A stretch of 63,952 nt of DNA, filler included, from Stramenopiles sp. TOSAG23-2 (GCA_900128395.1; 3 parts of 3 records of this genome joined end to end with filler, not necessarily neighbours in it), one strand, 5' to 3'; shown: positions 1-11,037, counted from the whole stretch's first letter. The notes: generated by a model not told the origin, from the sequence alone. Translations and numbers: made by a program.

Positions 1-9
1 GAAACCTTT

Positions 10-85
10 TCATATACTCAGTAAATTTGTAGTGTTTGATATATTTGATAGGTCAGAATAGGTATTTTTTGTACTTGAGAGAGGG
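10..85. mobile_element. Terminus of a dispersed repeat / putative DNA transposon end (copy 1)
   Basis: 76 bp near-identical to 45619-45694 on another contig. Similarity stops sharply after ...GTACTTGAGAGAGGG in both copies. Confidence 0.6.
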
Positions 86-580
86 CATATTTCTTAATTT
101 ATTCACATCGGACTTTCTATATCTACTCGATTCCCTTCGTTCTTCCCTGCTACAGCCCATCATAAATAATGAGCGATTCTATATCGGTATAAACTTGCCT
201 TAATGCAATCAGATAGGTAGTGAAAGTATACATGATGGTTGTACATATCATCTATCTGGCTCCTTTGAAAAACTCCAGCCGCCAGACGCACTACCACCTA
301 CCACCACTAGTGGTATATACAAAATATCTTCTTAATTTTTTGAATAACAACAAGCACAATACTAGATTAAAATAATAAGATATGTTGCATATATATAATT
401 TTAACATTTACATAGGATATCAAAAGAGATCTTTTTTTTTTTTTTTTAATTTTAATCTTTCTATCCCATATGGTACATATATATAAACTATATATAACAT
501 CTAGAATTAATCATCATTCTTCTTCTTTGTTAGATTAATTTTTTGTAGGTTGAGAATTACAACAATATCTACTGTCTATC

Positions 581-3500
581 ATGGATATATATAAATCAAA
601 CAGAAAAAGTCATCCTATTCCTATTAATCTAATTAAAAAACGTAAAAAATATAAGAAGAAAAAGATAAATAATAATTGTTCTATCATTTATCTTTTTCTT
701 CTCATATTTTTTAAAAGAATCCGAATTTTTTTTTTATTATTTTTGCTTGCATTGGTATTATATGGTGTAAATATGTATCTTTATATGACAAATCGGATTA
801 AAAATAGATCACATGACAATACATTTGATGATAGAAATGATGTCTATAGTAGTTTTAATCCAAAAAATGTAATTGAAAATGATATTTTACCAATAACAGA
901 TAAAGAGGTTAATAATAATAATTTACGCCACGTAGATGAAAAAGATAACCAATTGGATTGGGCTAAAGATGGTACAATTGTCAAGCGCATAGGAGAAAAG
1001 GGTCTAATCGGGGAATTGATAGGTTTGCCGTTTGTTTGTCCATCATATTATTATTTAAAAACAACTGTTCATAATAATGAAAACAAAAAAATATATTGTG
1101 TACAAGTATTTTTCAAATCAAATTCAAGATTTATTATAGAACCATTGCATAATTATAAATTGTCAATTACAACAAATATGTTACGTTTGCGTCTACAATT
1201 AGCAAAATTTTGGAAATTAAGTAAACGGTTAGATAGTTTTATCATACGCTTATTATTTGAAACATATAAAAATAGACCTTTGTTGATGATCTTGGATGAA
1301 AGTTCATTTTTTGTAACAACTGATATCAACAAGAATGAATATAGCAATAAAATTCAATTATTTTCAACTGCTAAAACAGGTATGGATATACATGTTGAAA
1401 TATGTACTGTAGTAAAATGGCTAAATCGTGTGTACAATATACCACGTGATGGCAATACGGACACATTAATGGTTAATTACGGGACACAAAAAAGTGCAAT
1501 ATTTTTCAATTTATATTTAATGAGTGTTGTTGGCAATTTTAACATGTTGATGTTGAACAATTATATTTATTTCAAACCAACTATTGAAAAAATTGTGTAT
1601 GAAAAAAATAAAAATGTAAAAAATTTAATCTTGTTCATACCATCATACATATCTGATGAAGTTTGCAAAATGTCTAATGAAATGTTGATAAATAAAGAAA
1701 ATAAAAATATAAATATTGAACAAATCGTTCTTATAGCAATAAATACAAATAAGGAAATTGAATGTCCATCATTATCGGAAAAAGCACAAGATAAAATTAA
1801 GTTTAATGCATATACGAAAATGATAAAAGAATACGATCAATGGCAATGCAGTAATACCCCATTGACAACAAGTACATTTCCAGTAAAAGGTCGTCATTAT
1901 ATTGCACGTTCGAATGCAAAAAATGAAGCGGAAATAGTTGAATATTCATATAAATTTACGGAAAAATATCATCGTAGTATGATCTACAACCGTTTACATC
2001 GCATACCACTTTTGCCATCGAATATAATGATTAGCAATCACGTGTTTCCAATGAGTTCTGGTGATACCACTACTGTTTTTGAATCTTTGGCATATGGAAG
2101 GATAACTGCATTGACGCCCTTGAATTTCGCACGATTTGACATTTTTTCTAATTTAATACAACCAAGCGAATTTGGTGGTTCGCCAGTACAATTGCCGCAA
2201 GTACATGAGGAGTTTGTTTTAAAACATCAATTTGGTAAAATGAATAAAAACAATATACCAGGTGTAAATAATATTCCTGGCCACGATATTACAAAATTTA
2301 AAATTGTACATAGCAATCGTCTAAATATGTGTTACACTGGAGGTGGATTTCCAAACCCATACATAAATAGGTTTTTAACAGATACAGACCATTGCCCTGG
2401 TGGAGTTTTGGAAGGTTGGGGAAGTTATGAAAGCTGGGATATTGGTTGGGGAGAAGACAACGTTTATCAATTTGTGAAGACGAATGTATTGGATTGGGAA
2501 GTTGCTGATTTTGGACCATATAAGAAGGAGAAAAACCAACATATTGAAGGCGAGCTATTGTTAAGAACAAAAGCGATGAATCAACATGATGATAAGAAAT
2601 ATAATAGTGAACGATATTTTATGATGGATGGACAGAAATTTTTCCATACACGCGATATTATTAAAGTGGTTGGAGGGACAGTCGGTGAAGTGGAAGGCGC
2701 TAAAATTTCAATGATTGATAAAACTACATGTCCATTTCAATTGAAAAATAGAAAATGGATTCGAACTGGTATCGTGGAACGTGCAATAGAAGGGGGACAA
2801 ACGGTATTTTTGAATAGTGTTATCTTCGGGTCGATAAATTCGAATGATATCATTGCAGTAGTATGGCTCTCCACAGAAGCAAACATTAAATATCGTGATG
2901 ATGATGAAAACAATAGTATGCTATTGCAGTATTTAAGAAACATATTGAAAGACCAAGTGTATGATTATGAAATACCAAAATATGTCATCAAATCTGATGA
3001 GCCATGGGAATACCGACCACGAGCAAAAATACGTAAAGTATTGCAATTAAAATTTGGCAGTTTAGTGAATAAAATTATTCCAAAAACTGTAGATTCAATA
3101 TATGCTGGAAATGTAAATTTAGCAGTTGACAAGAACATACAATTTACCAAAAGAATAAAAAATGAGATACGTTTACTATTAGGAGATGATAGTTGCCAGG
3201 ACAACGTACGAATCAACATATGCAATATATTATTAGGATGTTTTACAGACAAAGATGGCGATAAAAGCTGCATGATACGCACAAAATCAGGTTTACTACG
3301 CGAGCCATCGCTACGACATATACCATATAAACCTGATGAGACTATGTCCTTGGCGGATCGTTTAAATAGGTATGATAATGAGCCTTGGCATTATTGGGAT
3401 TTGCAAGAAGAAAGGAGTGACAACATTTTGGACGTCCAAAAATTTACTAAATTTTTATTGACATTGAGAAATAACAAAGAGCGAATTGAGGAGGTTTTAC

Positions 3501-3688
3501 CTTTAATCTTGCCAAGCTTGGGCTTATTGATACCATATGGCATAAGATTTAGAATGCGTTTGGATTGTTTGATAAGAATTGCTACTGTGAAACCAACATT
3601 ATTATCACAAAAAAAAATGACAAAAGCATTGTATGTAAATGTGTTGAAAATATGCAGGCATGAATGGTTTGAAGATTATGGAAATTGA
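581..3688 (+). CDS. 1035-aa hypothetical type II membrane protein, possibly with a degenerate glycosyltransferase-like region
   Basis: Long uninterrupted ORF. Basic N-terminus followed by hydrophobic stretches (IIYLFLLIFF; IFFLLFLLALVLYGV). FPMSSGDTTTVFESLAYG weakly recalls the GT41 C-terminal motif. Confidence 0.75.
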   Translation: MDIYKSNRKSHPIPINLIKKRKKYKKKKINNNCSIIYLFLLIFFKRIRIFFLLFLLALVLYGVNMYLYMTNRIKNRSHDNTFDDRNDVYSSFNPKNVIENDILPITDKEVNNNNLRHVDEKDNQLDWAKDGTIVKRIGEKGLIGELIGLPFVCPSYYYLKTTVHNNENKKIYCVQVFFKSNSRFIIEPLHNYKLSITTNMLRLRLQLAKFWKLSKRLDSFIIRLLFETYKNRPLLMILDESSFFVTTDINKNEYSNKIQLFSTAKTGMDIHVEICTVVKWLNRVYNIPRDGNTDTLMVNYGTQKSAIFFNLYLMSVVGNFNMLMLNNYIYFKPTIEKIVYEKNKNVKNLILFIPSYISDEVCKMSNEMLINKENKNINIEQIVLIAINTNKEIECPSLSEKAQDKIKFNAYTKMIKEYDQWQCSNTPLTTSTFPVKGRHYIARSNAKNEAEIVEYSYKFTEKYHRSMIYNRLHRIPLLPSNIMISNHVFPMSSGDTTTVFESLAYGRITALTPLNFARFDIFSNLIQPSEFGGSPVQLPQVHEEFVLKHQFGKMNKNNIPGVNNIPGHDITKFKIVHSNRLNMCYTGGGFPNPYINRFLTDTDHCPGGVLEGWGSYESWDIGWGEDNVYQFVKTNVLDWEVADFGPYKKEKNQHIEGELLLRTKAMNQHDDKKYNSERYFMMDGQKFFHTRDIIKVVGGTVGEVEGAKISMIDKTTCPFQLKNRKWIRTGIVERAIEGGQTVFLNSVIFGSINSNDIIAVVWLSTEANIKYRDDDENNSMLLQYLRNILKDQVYDYEIPKYVIKSDEPWEYRPRAKIRKVLQLKFGSLVNKIIPKTVDSIYAGNVNLAVDKNIQFTKRIKNEIRLLLGDDSCQDNVRINICNILLGCFTDKDGDKSCMIRTKSGLLREPSLRHIPYKPDETMSLADRLNRYDNEPWHYWDLQEERSDNILDVQKFTKFLLTLRNNKERIEEVLPLILPSLGLLIPYGIRFRMRLDCLIRIATVKPTLLSQKKMTKALYVNVLKICRHEWFEDYGN

Positions 3689-3878
3689 TAAATTTGAGTG
3701 TGTGGTGTAACATTACAGTGTCGAGTAAAAAAAATATGTGAGTGTGTTGTTTTAAGAACACTCTCGTGAAACGTAAAAGAATTTTATTTGTGCGTGTAGT
3801 GTGTACATCATAATATAATATATATATATATAAATAGCAAAAACATTGTTTTTATGCAGCAGTGCGAAACAACTTTTT

Positions 3879-4358
3879 TCATGTTTTTATAACGTTTCGC
3901 AAAGGACCTTTTGTTTTTAACCATTTTCTAAATGTATCATCTGCTTCATCTTGTTGATGTTCTTCTTTTTCTTGTTTTTCATTTTCTTTTTTTTCTTTTT
4001 CTTTTACTTTTTGTAACATCGCTTCCTTCACTTTATTTGCTTCCTCGCTTTCCTCTTTTTTTTCATCTATTTGATTTCTATTTTGCAATTCACTTGAACT
4101 AACCATATACGGGTCTTTCTTTTCCCTTTGTTCCTCAAATTTTTTAGCTTTCTCACGTATATCTAATTCTTCTATTTGTTTTTTTCTTAATGCTTCTATT
4201 TTTTGTTTATCATGTTGCAATATTTCAGATGCACGCCCTTCATATGCTTCAGCAGAAGTATCGTCATTGTCTTGGGCATACGCCATTGCTATTATTAAAA
4301 TTATCAACATTAAAACATTATATACAATCTTCTTCAAAACTTTTTGCCAAAGAATCAT
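3879..4358 (-). CDS. Small secreted/membrane-anchored charged coiled-coil protein
   Basis: 159-aa ORF with a signal-like hydrophobic segment ending AMAYA-Q, then an E/K-rich helical body. Confidence 0.7.
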   Translation of the reverse strand: MILWQKVLKKIVYNVLMLIILIIAMAYAQDNDDTSAEAYEGRASEILQHDKQKIEALRKKQIEELDIREKAKKFEEQREKKDPYMVSSSELQNRNQIDEKKEESEEANKVKEAMLQKVKEKEKKENEKQEKEEHQQDEADDTFRKWLKTKGPLRNVIKT

Positions 4359-4799
4359 TTTAAATTATTATTTACAACCAAATTTATTTATATTTCAAAA
4401 TACAATAATAATCACCGTTATTAGCAACTAGACTATGATAAGTAAATTCACTTTAACTATATAATTTATTATTTATATTAACTTTTTAGATGGATAGATA
4501 GAAAAATATATAACCAACAAATTAGAATCAACCGAACTTCAATGTTTACCGAATTGATGAAATAACAATTTTTATGAGAATGTTTGATATGGATGATAAT
4601 TGTTACATACGGAAAGTATGTATATGTATGTGTAGTAACGACAAAAATATATGTTATAGTTTTTTAATAGTTGCATTCCAGCTTGAATGATGTTACAAGT
4701 ATTATAATTGACGACAACAAAATTAAATGATGACATGAGAGTGCGGCGTGTTCTTCTTTTTTAAGGGTCCATTTTTTTTTTTAGAAAACAAAATATTAT

Positions 4800-4823
4800 T
4801 ATCAGAGAGAATTCTCTCTGATA
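4800..4823. repeat. Perfect 24-bp palindrome
   Basis: TATCAGAGAGAATTCTCTCTGATA is its own reverse complement. It lies between the ankyrin gene 3' end and the next gene start. Confidence 0.85.
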
Positions 4824-5004
4824 TTATAAAAAAATAATAGCAACTGCAATAATCAAATACGGTAACAAAAAATAAAACAAGCCTTTAAAATACCATCAAT
4901 ATTTACTTTGTATATAATATATATATATATAATTTTTTTATAAAAAATACGGATGCAAGTTGCGGATCATATTTTGGTTTATCACATTTGGCTTTTTTCT
5001 ATAT

Positions 5005-5832
5005 TTAAATGACTCCAAAATCATATTTATCCATACCGCATACGCCACAAATAGAATCTTCTTCTAAATATGGATGTGGACATGTTTTTGTCAACAATTC
5101 TACTGTTTTTTCATGATTATATGCTTTAGCTAATGCATACGGTGTCCTACCTTCATTATCTTCAAAATCATGCTGTAAACATTTCACTTTATTTAAATAT
5201 GACAACGATTCGTTGCTTCCTCTCAATGCAGCGTAATGGCTGCACGTTCGACGATAATTATCATATTCCAATAAATATTTTTTATCGAAATTTTCATATA
5301 TATATTTTAATATTTTTTTGCGGCCACGTTCTGCAGCCCACATCGCAGGCGTCGATTCATGGTATGTATCTTTATGAGACAGATCTAATGTTACATCACT
5401 TTCTGATAATGCTTCTAATATTTGTACATGCCCTCTAGCACATGCATAATGGAGACAGCCAACGCCACTACTATTTAATACGTATGCATCGGCTTTAAAA
5501 TTCAATAACAATTGAAATGCACCGCCTAAACCATTCATAGCTGCAATTATAAGCATTGTATTTTGTATTTTTGAACCATATGTAGAATTTATATCAAACC
5601 CATGATTAATTAATCCATTCATTAATTCAGTGTTATTATCATGCATTGCTTCAACAAATGTTTGCGGATCTTTGCTTTTTGATGATAGAAATTGACAACG
5701 TTTAACATCTTTTAATTGATTAAGTAAACAATAATTACATAATAATGTTGGATCATATTTTTTTTCCTGTTGTTCTTCTTCTTCTTCCTTTGTTGCTTCT
5801 TGTTTATTTTGTGTATTTTTAATATCATCCAT
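5005..5832 (-). CDS. Ankyrin repeat protein
   Basis: Repeats such as TMLIIAAMNG, GCLHYACARGH, TPAMWAAERGR, TCSHYAALRGS and GRTPYALAK. First ATG is at 5832. Cys pairs occur at both ends (CNYC; CPH...CGVC). Confidence 0.85.
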   Translation of the reverse strand: MDDIKNTQNKQEATKEEEEEQQEKKYDPTLLCNYCLLNQLKDVKRCQFLSSKSKDPQTFVEAMHDNNTELMNGLINHGFDINSTYGSKIQNTMLIIAAMNGLGGAFQLLLNFKADAYVLNSSGVGCLHYACARGHVQILEALSESDVTLDLSHKDTYHESTPAMWAAERGRKKILKYIYENFDKKYLLEYDNYRRTCSHYAALRGSNESLSYLNKVKCLQHDFEDNEGRTPYALAKAYNHEKTVELLTKTCPHPYLEEDSICGVCGMDKYDFGVI

Positions 5833-6038
5833 TTCTTTTTTTATTATTAACAAAATTGTTTATTAAAACATGAATTTTATGATTCACATAAGATTAATAC
5901 TATTGATACTTAATAATATATTTGTGTATATGATGCATCAGTTGTTGCATAAATATTGTTTCATTATTTAATATAATATAAAATATATATTTTTACATTA
6001 ATTATTGAAGAAAGAAAATGTGTACATCACTATAATAT

Positions 6039-6529
6039 ATGGTAAATATATTTACATCAAGTATTAATCTAATTAACGGTTTGCCACATTTTGTTGACAT
6101 CCAGTACCAGGGGTACCAGGTATATATATGATGCATCAGTTGTTGCATAAATATTGTTTCATTATTTAATATAATATAATATATATATTTTTACATTAAT
6201 TAGACCCAACAATAAATTTCAATCTCACAGAATCAAAAGGAGAGAAGGGAGGTAGCCAACCCATTGAAGCACGTTTGAAAGTCCAATCTTCATGTGCTAA
6301 CAATGCAAATGTAAATAGGCTCGAAATCATCAATGGGAAACATGTACCTGATCAGAGAATGGCAAAATTATCCTATGATTTTTTGAAATCATATAAACGA
6401 GCTAATGCATATGATGCATTAGGAGATTTGCCAATTCTACAATCATCTGGAATGACATCTTTTAATGTAAATATGTACATGACTTTCATGGTGTTGATAA
6501 TTGGATGTTTCTTGAATCTAAAAAATTGA
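6039..6529 (+). CDS. Putative small spliced protein with hydrophobic (GPI-signal-like) C-terminus
   Basis: Exons 6039-6060, 6105-6119 and 6204-6529, with GT..AG introns 6061-6104 and 6120-6203, join in frame: MVNIFTSIPGVPDPTINFNLTESKG...FMVLIIGCFLNLKN. The 5' part is uncertain. Confidence 0.4.
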
Positions 6530-6945
6530 TTAAAAATGTATGGATGTGTATATGTGACGAGATATGATGTGTATCTATTTCGTGTGCCAGGTGTGGCATC
6601 TCATACAAAAATATATATTTATAAAATTAAAACTATATATTTTATAAGTACTGCACTATACTGTTTCTATGTGCCTTTCTTAATTTTTGGCAATGGGGTT
6701 AGACAAAATATTATAACTATTTACTATGGGATTTTTCATATCCATATGCTATTCCCATATTATACATTTATATCATACCCATAGCAGCACATCATCAGAC
6801 GCGTGTGCCTAATTGTTCTATTTCTATTGTTGAACTTTTCCAATTCCAGAATTCGTAATTCATCGAACAACGGAAAGAATAATACAATTTGTAACAAGAC
6901 AATACATTAAAAGTATAAGTAAAGATAGTCGGTATCATTATTAAA

Positions 6946-7147
6946 AATAGTCTATTGTTAAGCACAAATTTATATAAAATTAGAATTTGAATATTGGATA
7001 TATTTTAAAAAGAACGAAAGAAAATAAATTTACAAAATGAATTATCAAATAGTCTATTGTTAAGCACAAATTTATATAAAATTAGAATTTGAATATTGGA
7101 TATATTTTAAAAAGAACGAAAGAAAAAAATTTACAAAATGAATTATC
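6946..7147. repeat. Local tandem duplication, period about 102 bp
   Basis: AATAGTCTATTGTTAAGC...ATGAATTATCA occurs twice. The copies differ by one base in an A-run. Confidence 0.85.
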
Positions 7148-8082
7148 ATTTATTTATTAGCATTGTGGTATTATTAGCTATCACGTTTGCTATTGCTAAT
7201 GCATCAACACAACAACAAATACAAAAATCATGGGAAGGACAAACAGTTCGAGATTTACATCGTGAATATAATAATATATTTCGATATGGTAACCGTAATG
7301 CAGCTTCTCATCTATGGTCAACATTTTTGTTAGAACGTAGTGAAAGTATGACGAAAAAGAAATTAGAATATATGTTCTCTGGATTTTGTGCTGTGTCGGG
7401 ATCTCCTGTAAACCCAACACAGTACAATCGATATGGGTTGACATTAAACACTGTTGATAATAGGAAACGATTTGGTTTTTTACACTATTGTTGCTGGCCA
7501 TGTGTATGCGATACTCAAGATTTTATTGAAATTGATACGAAAAATGTTACAACAAAAGATGGAATAACAGAGCCATATTATTTTGCTGTATTAGGAAACC
7601 CATGTGAGCATCAAGAAAAATTAAAGGAAAAATTTTTTCAACCATTTGATGGTCGTCAAACAACACTTGAATGGGAAGCACGAGAAGTACGTTGTGATGA
7701 AAATGGGAATTTAATTGGTGCAACTCTTAGTGATCATGGCTTTGTTATTATTTCTATGTTTTTTGATTCAATTTCGGTGAGTGACGATGATATAGTAGGT
7801 GAAGGTAATAATGTAGCTTTAACTAGTAAAGTAATTAACAAAAATCAACCAGGACGTATGTCAAAATCACATGATGGCCAATATTTCCAAAGTGAACATG
7901 AATATGAAGGTATGTGTGAGGAAAGAAAACGTAATGGGTATAATAGCGGTATGGGAGAAATCTTTCGAAAAGTTGCTGCAATAACACCAATTGTACGATT
8001 TGTAGATGATGATACTACTACTACTAATAATAATGAGAATCATCAACAACAAGCAGAAGCAATGCGTAAGGTGTCATTGTAG
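7138..8082 (+). CDS. Secreted Cys-rich protein of unknown function
   Basis: Signal peptide (ISIVVLLAITFAIANA). Conserved-looking motifs FCAVSGSPV, HYCCWPCVCD and GYNSGMGEIF. Confidence 0.8.
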   Translation: MNYHLFISIVVLLAITFAIANASTQQQIQKSWEGQTVRDLHREYNNIFRYGNRNAASHLWSTFLLERSESMTKKKLEYMFSGFCAVSGSPVNPTQYNRYGLTLNTVDNRKRFGFLHYCCWPCVCDTQDFIEIDTKNVTTKDGITEPYYFAVLGNPCEHQEKLKEKFFQPFDGRQTTLEWEAREVRCDENGNLIGATLSDHGFVIISMFFDSISVSDDDIVGEGNNVALTSKVINKNQPGRMSKSHDGQYFQSEHEYEGMCEERKRNGYNSGMGEIFRKVAAITPIVRFVDDDTTTTNNNENHQQQAEAMRKVSL

Positions 8083-8605
8083 AAGTATTTTTTTTTATCA
8101 CACCCCCATCTACGTAAATAATATATAAAAGAAAAAAAGAAAAAAATGTTATTTTGAACATGTAGAGAGACAATGTTATGACTGTTATTCTTTTTTATGC
8201 TAATAAAATTTTTTTACCAGTTTACACATACCTGGTACAGTATTTTTTAATAAAATAATAATATTATTTTCATATACCAATTGTATTAATAAATTAAAAT
8301 GCTGTTCATTATTAATAATCATCAAATTCACCTTAAAAATAATGGTGCGTCCATCATCCATCATAAGCTACCAGGTAAAGTACAGGTATACAAAAAATCA
8401 GAGAGAGAAATGATGAAATGATTTGATGATTTGCAACATTTGACACATTTTGATATTCTGGTTATAGCGGAAACACACACACACATATATATAATAGAAA
8501 TATTATAATATATCAGATACTATAATATATCCTGTGAATATATATATATAATAATAATAAATAATATATAAAAGATGGAATTGAATATGGAAACATTTGA
8601 AACGT

Positions 8606-9463
8606 ATGTTAGTAAAATGCTGGATGTACCTCTTAAAAATAAAAGATATTGATGCTCATAAAACTATGAATGATGGGCAATCACCAATATTCATAGCTGC
8701 GGATCGAGGTCACAAACAAATCCTTGGAACGCTATTAGATACAAAAGGAGCCGATGTTAACAAGGCATGGGATATTAATGACCAAACACCATTATGGAGG
8801 GCAGTACATGAAGAAAGAGAAAATGATATTTTGAAAATGCTTATAAATGCAGTTGGTATTGATAAAAATAAAAAGTGCCAAATAACTGGAGAATCTCCAT
8901 TACATATTGCTGCAAATCAGGGAAGTTATGAGATTGTTCAACTACTTTTATCAACAAGCGGTATTGACGTCAATACAGTTGACAACAATGGATGCACACC
9001 ATTATGGGACCAAGCGAATGGTCCGGGTTTAAGTCTTCGTGGGCCTCAAGATGTCGAAATGATTAACTTACTCTTAAATCGAAATGATGTTAATCCAAAT
9101 AAAGCAAATCATAATGGGCAAACACCATTGTGGGCAGCCTGCCATCAAGGATTTACTAGAAATGCTTTTGCGTTGTTGAAGGCTGATAATATTGATGTTC
9201 ATAAAGCAGACAACGAACAACGAACTCCATTGTATATTGCTGCAAAGAAAGGCCATCTTGCAATTGTTAGATTACTTACAAATGCCAGCGATATATTTAC
9301 AAGTATTAACACAGTAAGCAACAGTGGGTATACGGCATTGGATATGGCACGTCGGCTTCCTTACTATAATGACAAAAGACAACGAATTATCGATGTATTG
9401 AGATCGAAAGGAGGTTTGTATAGAGCTGATAGTGGCACCACAGCACCCGCGGTCCAACCATGA
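8606..9463 (+). CDS. Ankyrin repeat protein
   Basis: Multiple canonical repeats (GQSPIFIAADRGH, GESPLHIAANQG, GQTPLWAACHQG, RTPLYIAAKKGH). The start is uncertain because an upstream ATG at 8575 is in another frame. Confidence 0.85.
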   Translation: MLVKCWMYLLKIKDIDAHKTMNDGQSPIFIAADRGHKQILGTLLDTKGADVNKAWDINDQTPLWRAVHEERENDILKMLINAVGIDKNKKCQITGESPLHIAANQGSYEIVQLLLSTSGIDVNTVDNNGCTPLWDQANGPGLSLRGPQDVEMINLLLNRNDVNPNKANHNGQTPLWAACHQGFTRNAFALLKADNIDVHKADNEQRTPLYIAAKKGHLAIVRLLTNASDIFTSINTVSNSGYTALDMARRLPYYNDKRQRIIDVLRSKGGLYRADSGTTAPAVQP

Positions 9464-9664
9464 GGAGCGTCAGATTTAAAATTTTATATATATATTATAA
9501 ATAAAAAAAAATTACGAAAATACTTTTATAAAATGCTCTCTCTCTTTTAATACAAAACAAAATCACCCTTATTTGCAAAAAATCAAAAGGTCATTTTTTT
9601 TTAGGAATCGTCGTGTAAAAATACGAGGATGGCTGCTTGATGTATGCCATACATCCTCTCAATA

Positions 9665-10528
9665 TTACATTTTACTTCTTGCTTTTCTTGGATCACCATG
9701 TCTACCATTTTCAGCAGGGAAATCACTTTTTGTGAAATCATTTGTTTGATCCCATTGTTCCATAACATAATCAATACCTTGTGTTTTTGGATCGTACAAT
9801 AAACCTCGACTTCTTTCAACTTTAAATTTACGTACTTGACCGCCTTCAGTTTGATACATTTTCCCCGTAGTAGGACAATCTTCATGGCATAAAACTAAAA
9901 CAGCATTTGCTGCATATTCAGCTTTCATTGCCTCATGCCTTTCTTTAGGGACAATATTTTCAGTCATACGTGTTATACCTTCCGTACAAATTAAATTTGA
10001 TAATACATTGTTTTTAAAGCCTTCTACAGCAGCAATACCATTTAAGCCAACTAATGCCCCTTTTGCTGCGGAATAATTACCTTGTCCAAAGCCCCCCCAA
10101 AATGCTGCTTGTGATCCGATGAATACAATTCTGCCATATTTTTGATCATTCATTTGTTTCCATGCAGCTTTCATCGTTCTAAATCCACCGACTACATGTG
10201 TATTTAAAACATCTGTAAACATTTCCAACGTCATACCTTTTAGTGTTTTATCACGTAGTTGTCCTGCATTATTGATTAAGATATGAATTGTACCAAATTC
10301 TTTAATAGCATGCTCAACAGCCTTTTCCCCTTCCGTAGCAACATTCGAATAATCTGCAACTGCAATACCACCGTTTGCTTTGATTTCAGCAACTACTTCA
10401 TCTGCTTTCTCAGGCGTACGATTATTTACCACAACTTTACAGCCCATAGCTGCTAGTTTTAATGCGTATTCTTTTCCCATTCCACGGCCTGCGCCAGTAA
10501 CGACTGCGACTTGTCCATTGAAATTCAT
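9665..10528 (-). CDS. Peroxisomal short-chain dehydrogenase, (3R)-hydroxyacyl-CoA dehydrogenase / MFE-2 dehydrogenase-domain-like
   Basis: TGAGRGMG Rossmann motif, NNAG, YSAAK catalytic motif, and GFGQGNY typical of the FOX2/HSD17B4 dehydrogenase domain. C-terminal SKM is a PTS1-type signal. Confidence 0.88.
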   Translation of the reverse strand: MNFNGQVAVVTGAGRGMGKEYALKLAAMGCKVVVNNRTPEKADEVVAEIKANGGIAVADYSNVATEGEKAVEHAIKEFGTIHILINNAGQLRDKTLKGMTLEMFTDVLNTHVVGGFRTMKAAWKQMNDQKYGRIVFIGSQAAFWGGFGQGNYSAAKGALVGLNGIAAVEGFKNNVLSNLICTEGITRMTENIVPKERHEAMKAEYAANAVLVLCHEDCPTTGKMYQTEGGQVRKFKVERSRGLLYDPKTQGIDYVMEQWDQTNDFTKSDFPAENGRHGDPRKARSKM

Positions 10529-11037
10529 AGCTTCGTTATATATATTTTTTTTTTCTATAGATGTACTGTTTATGTTTGGATATGAAGAATTAAATTTACC
10601 GTATATATTATAATATATATATGCATTACTCTAGAGGCAAGCCCAGGGCAAGCACAGTGTAAGTGCGGGAAAGATATAATTGAAATAATATATATCTTTT
10701 TTTTTCACTTTTTTGGGTAGGATCGAAAGATATCGTCGATTTGCACATCATTTCTCATCATTTTGCAATTATTTGTTGGGGGCACCTTAACCTGGCTGGG
10801 CTGCACTGCAGCTGCAGCTTAAGCTGGGGCAATTTTGATTATTTCGCCATAAGGTATTTAGCTCTATTATAATATAGCATTATAATATAGAATGAGTCTT
10901 CTGACGACGCAGACTATGGGAAAAGGTTTAAAGTTTACAGTAAAGATATTTAAGACTTACGAATTCGTAAATATTTGATGTTTTAAAATTTATTTTGTAC
11001 GGAATTTTTAATACGAAATTAATGTGTCCGTATTTTT

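Noticed and set aside
90..420. Coding-like composition after the element end
   Set aside because: All frames I tried are interrupted and no motif was recognised.
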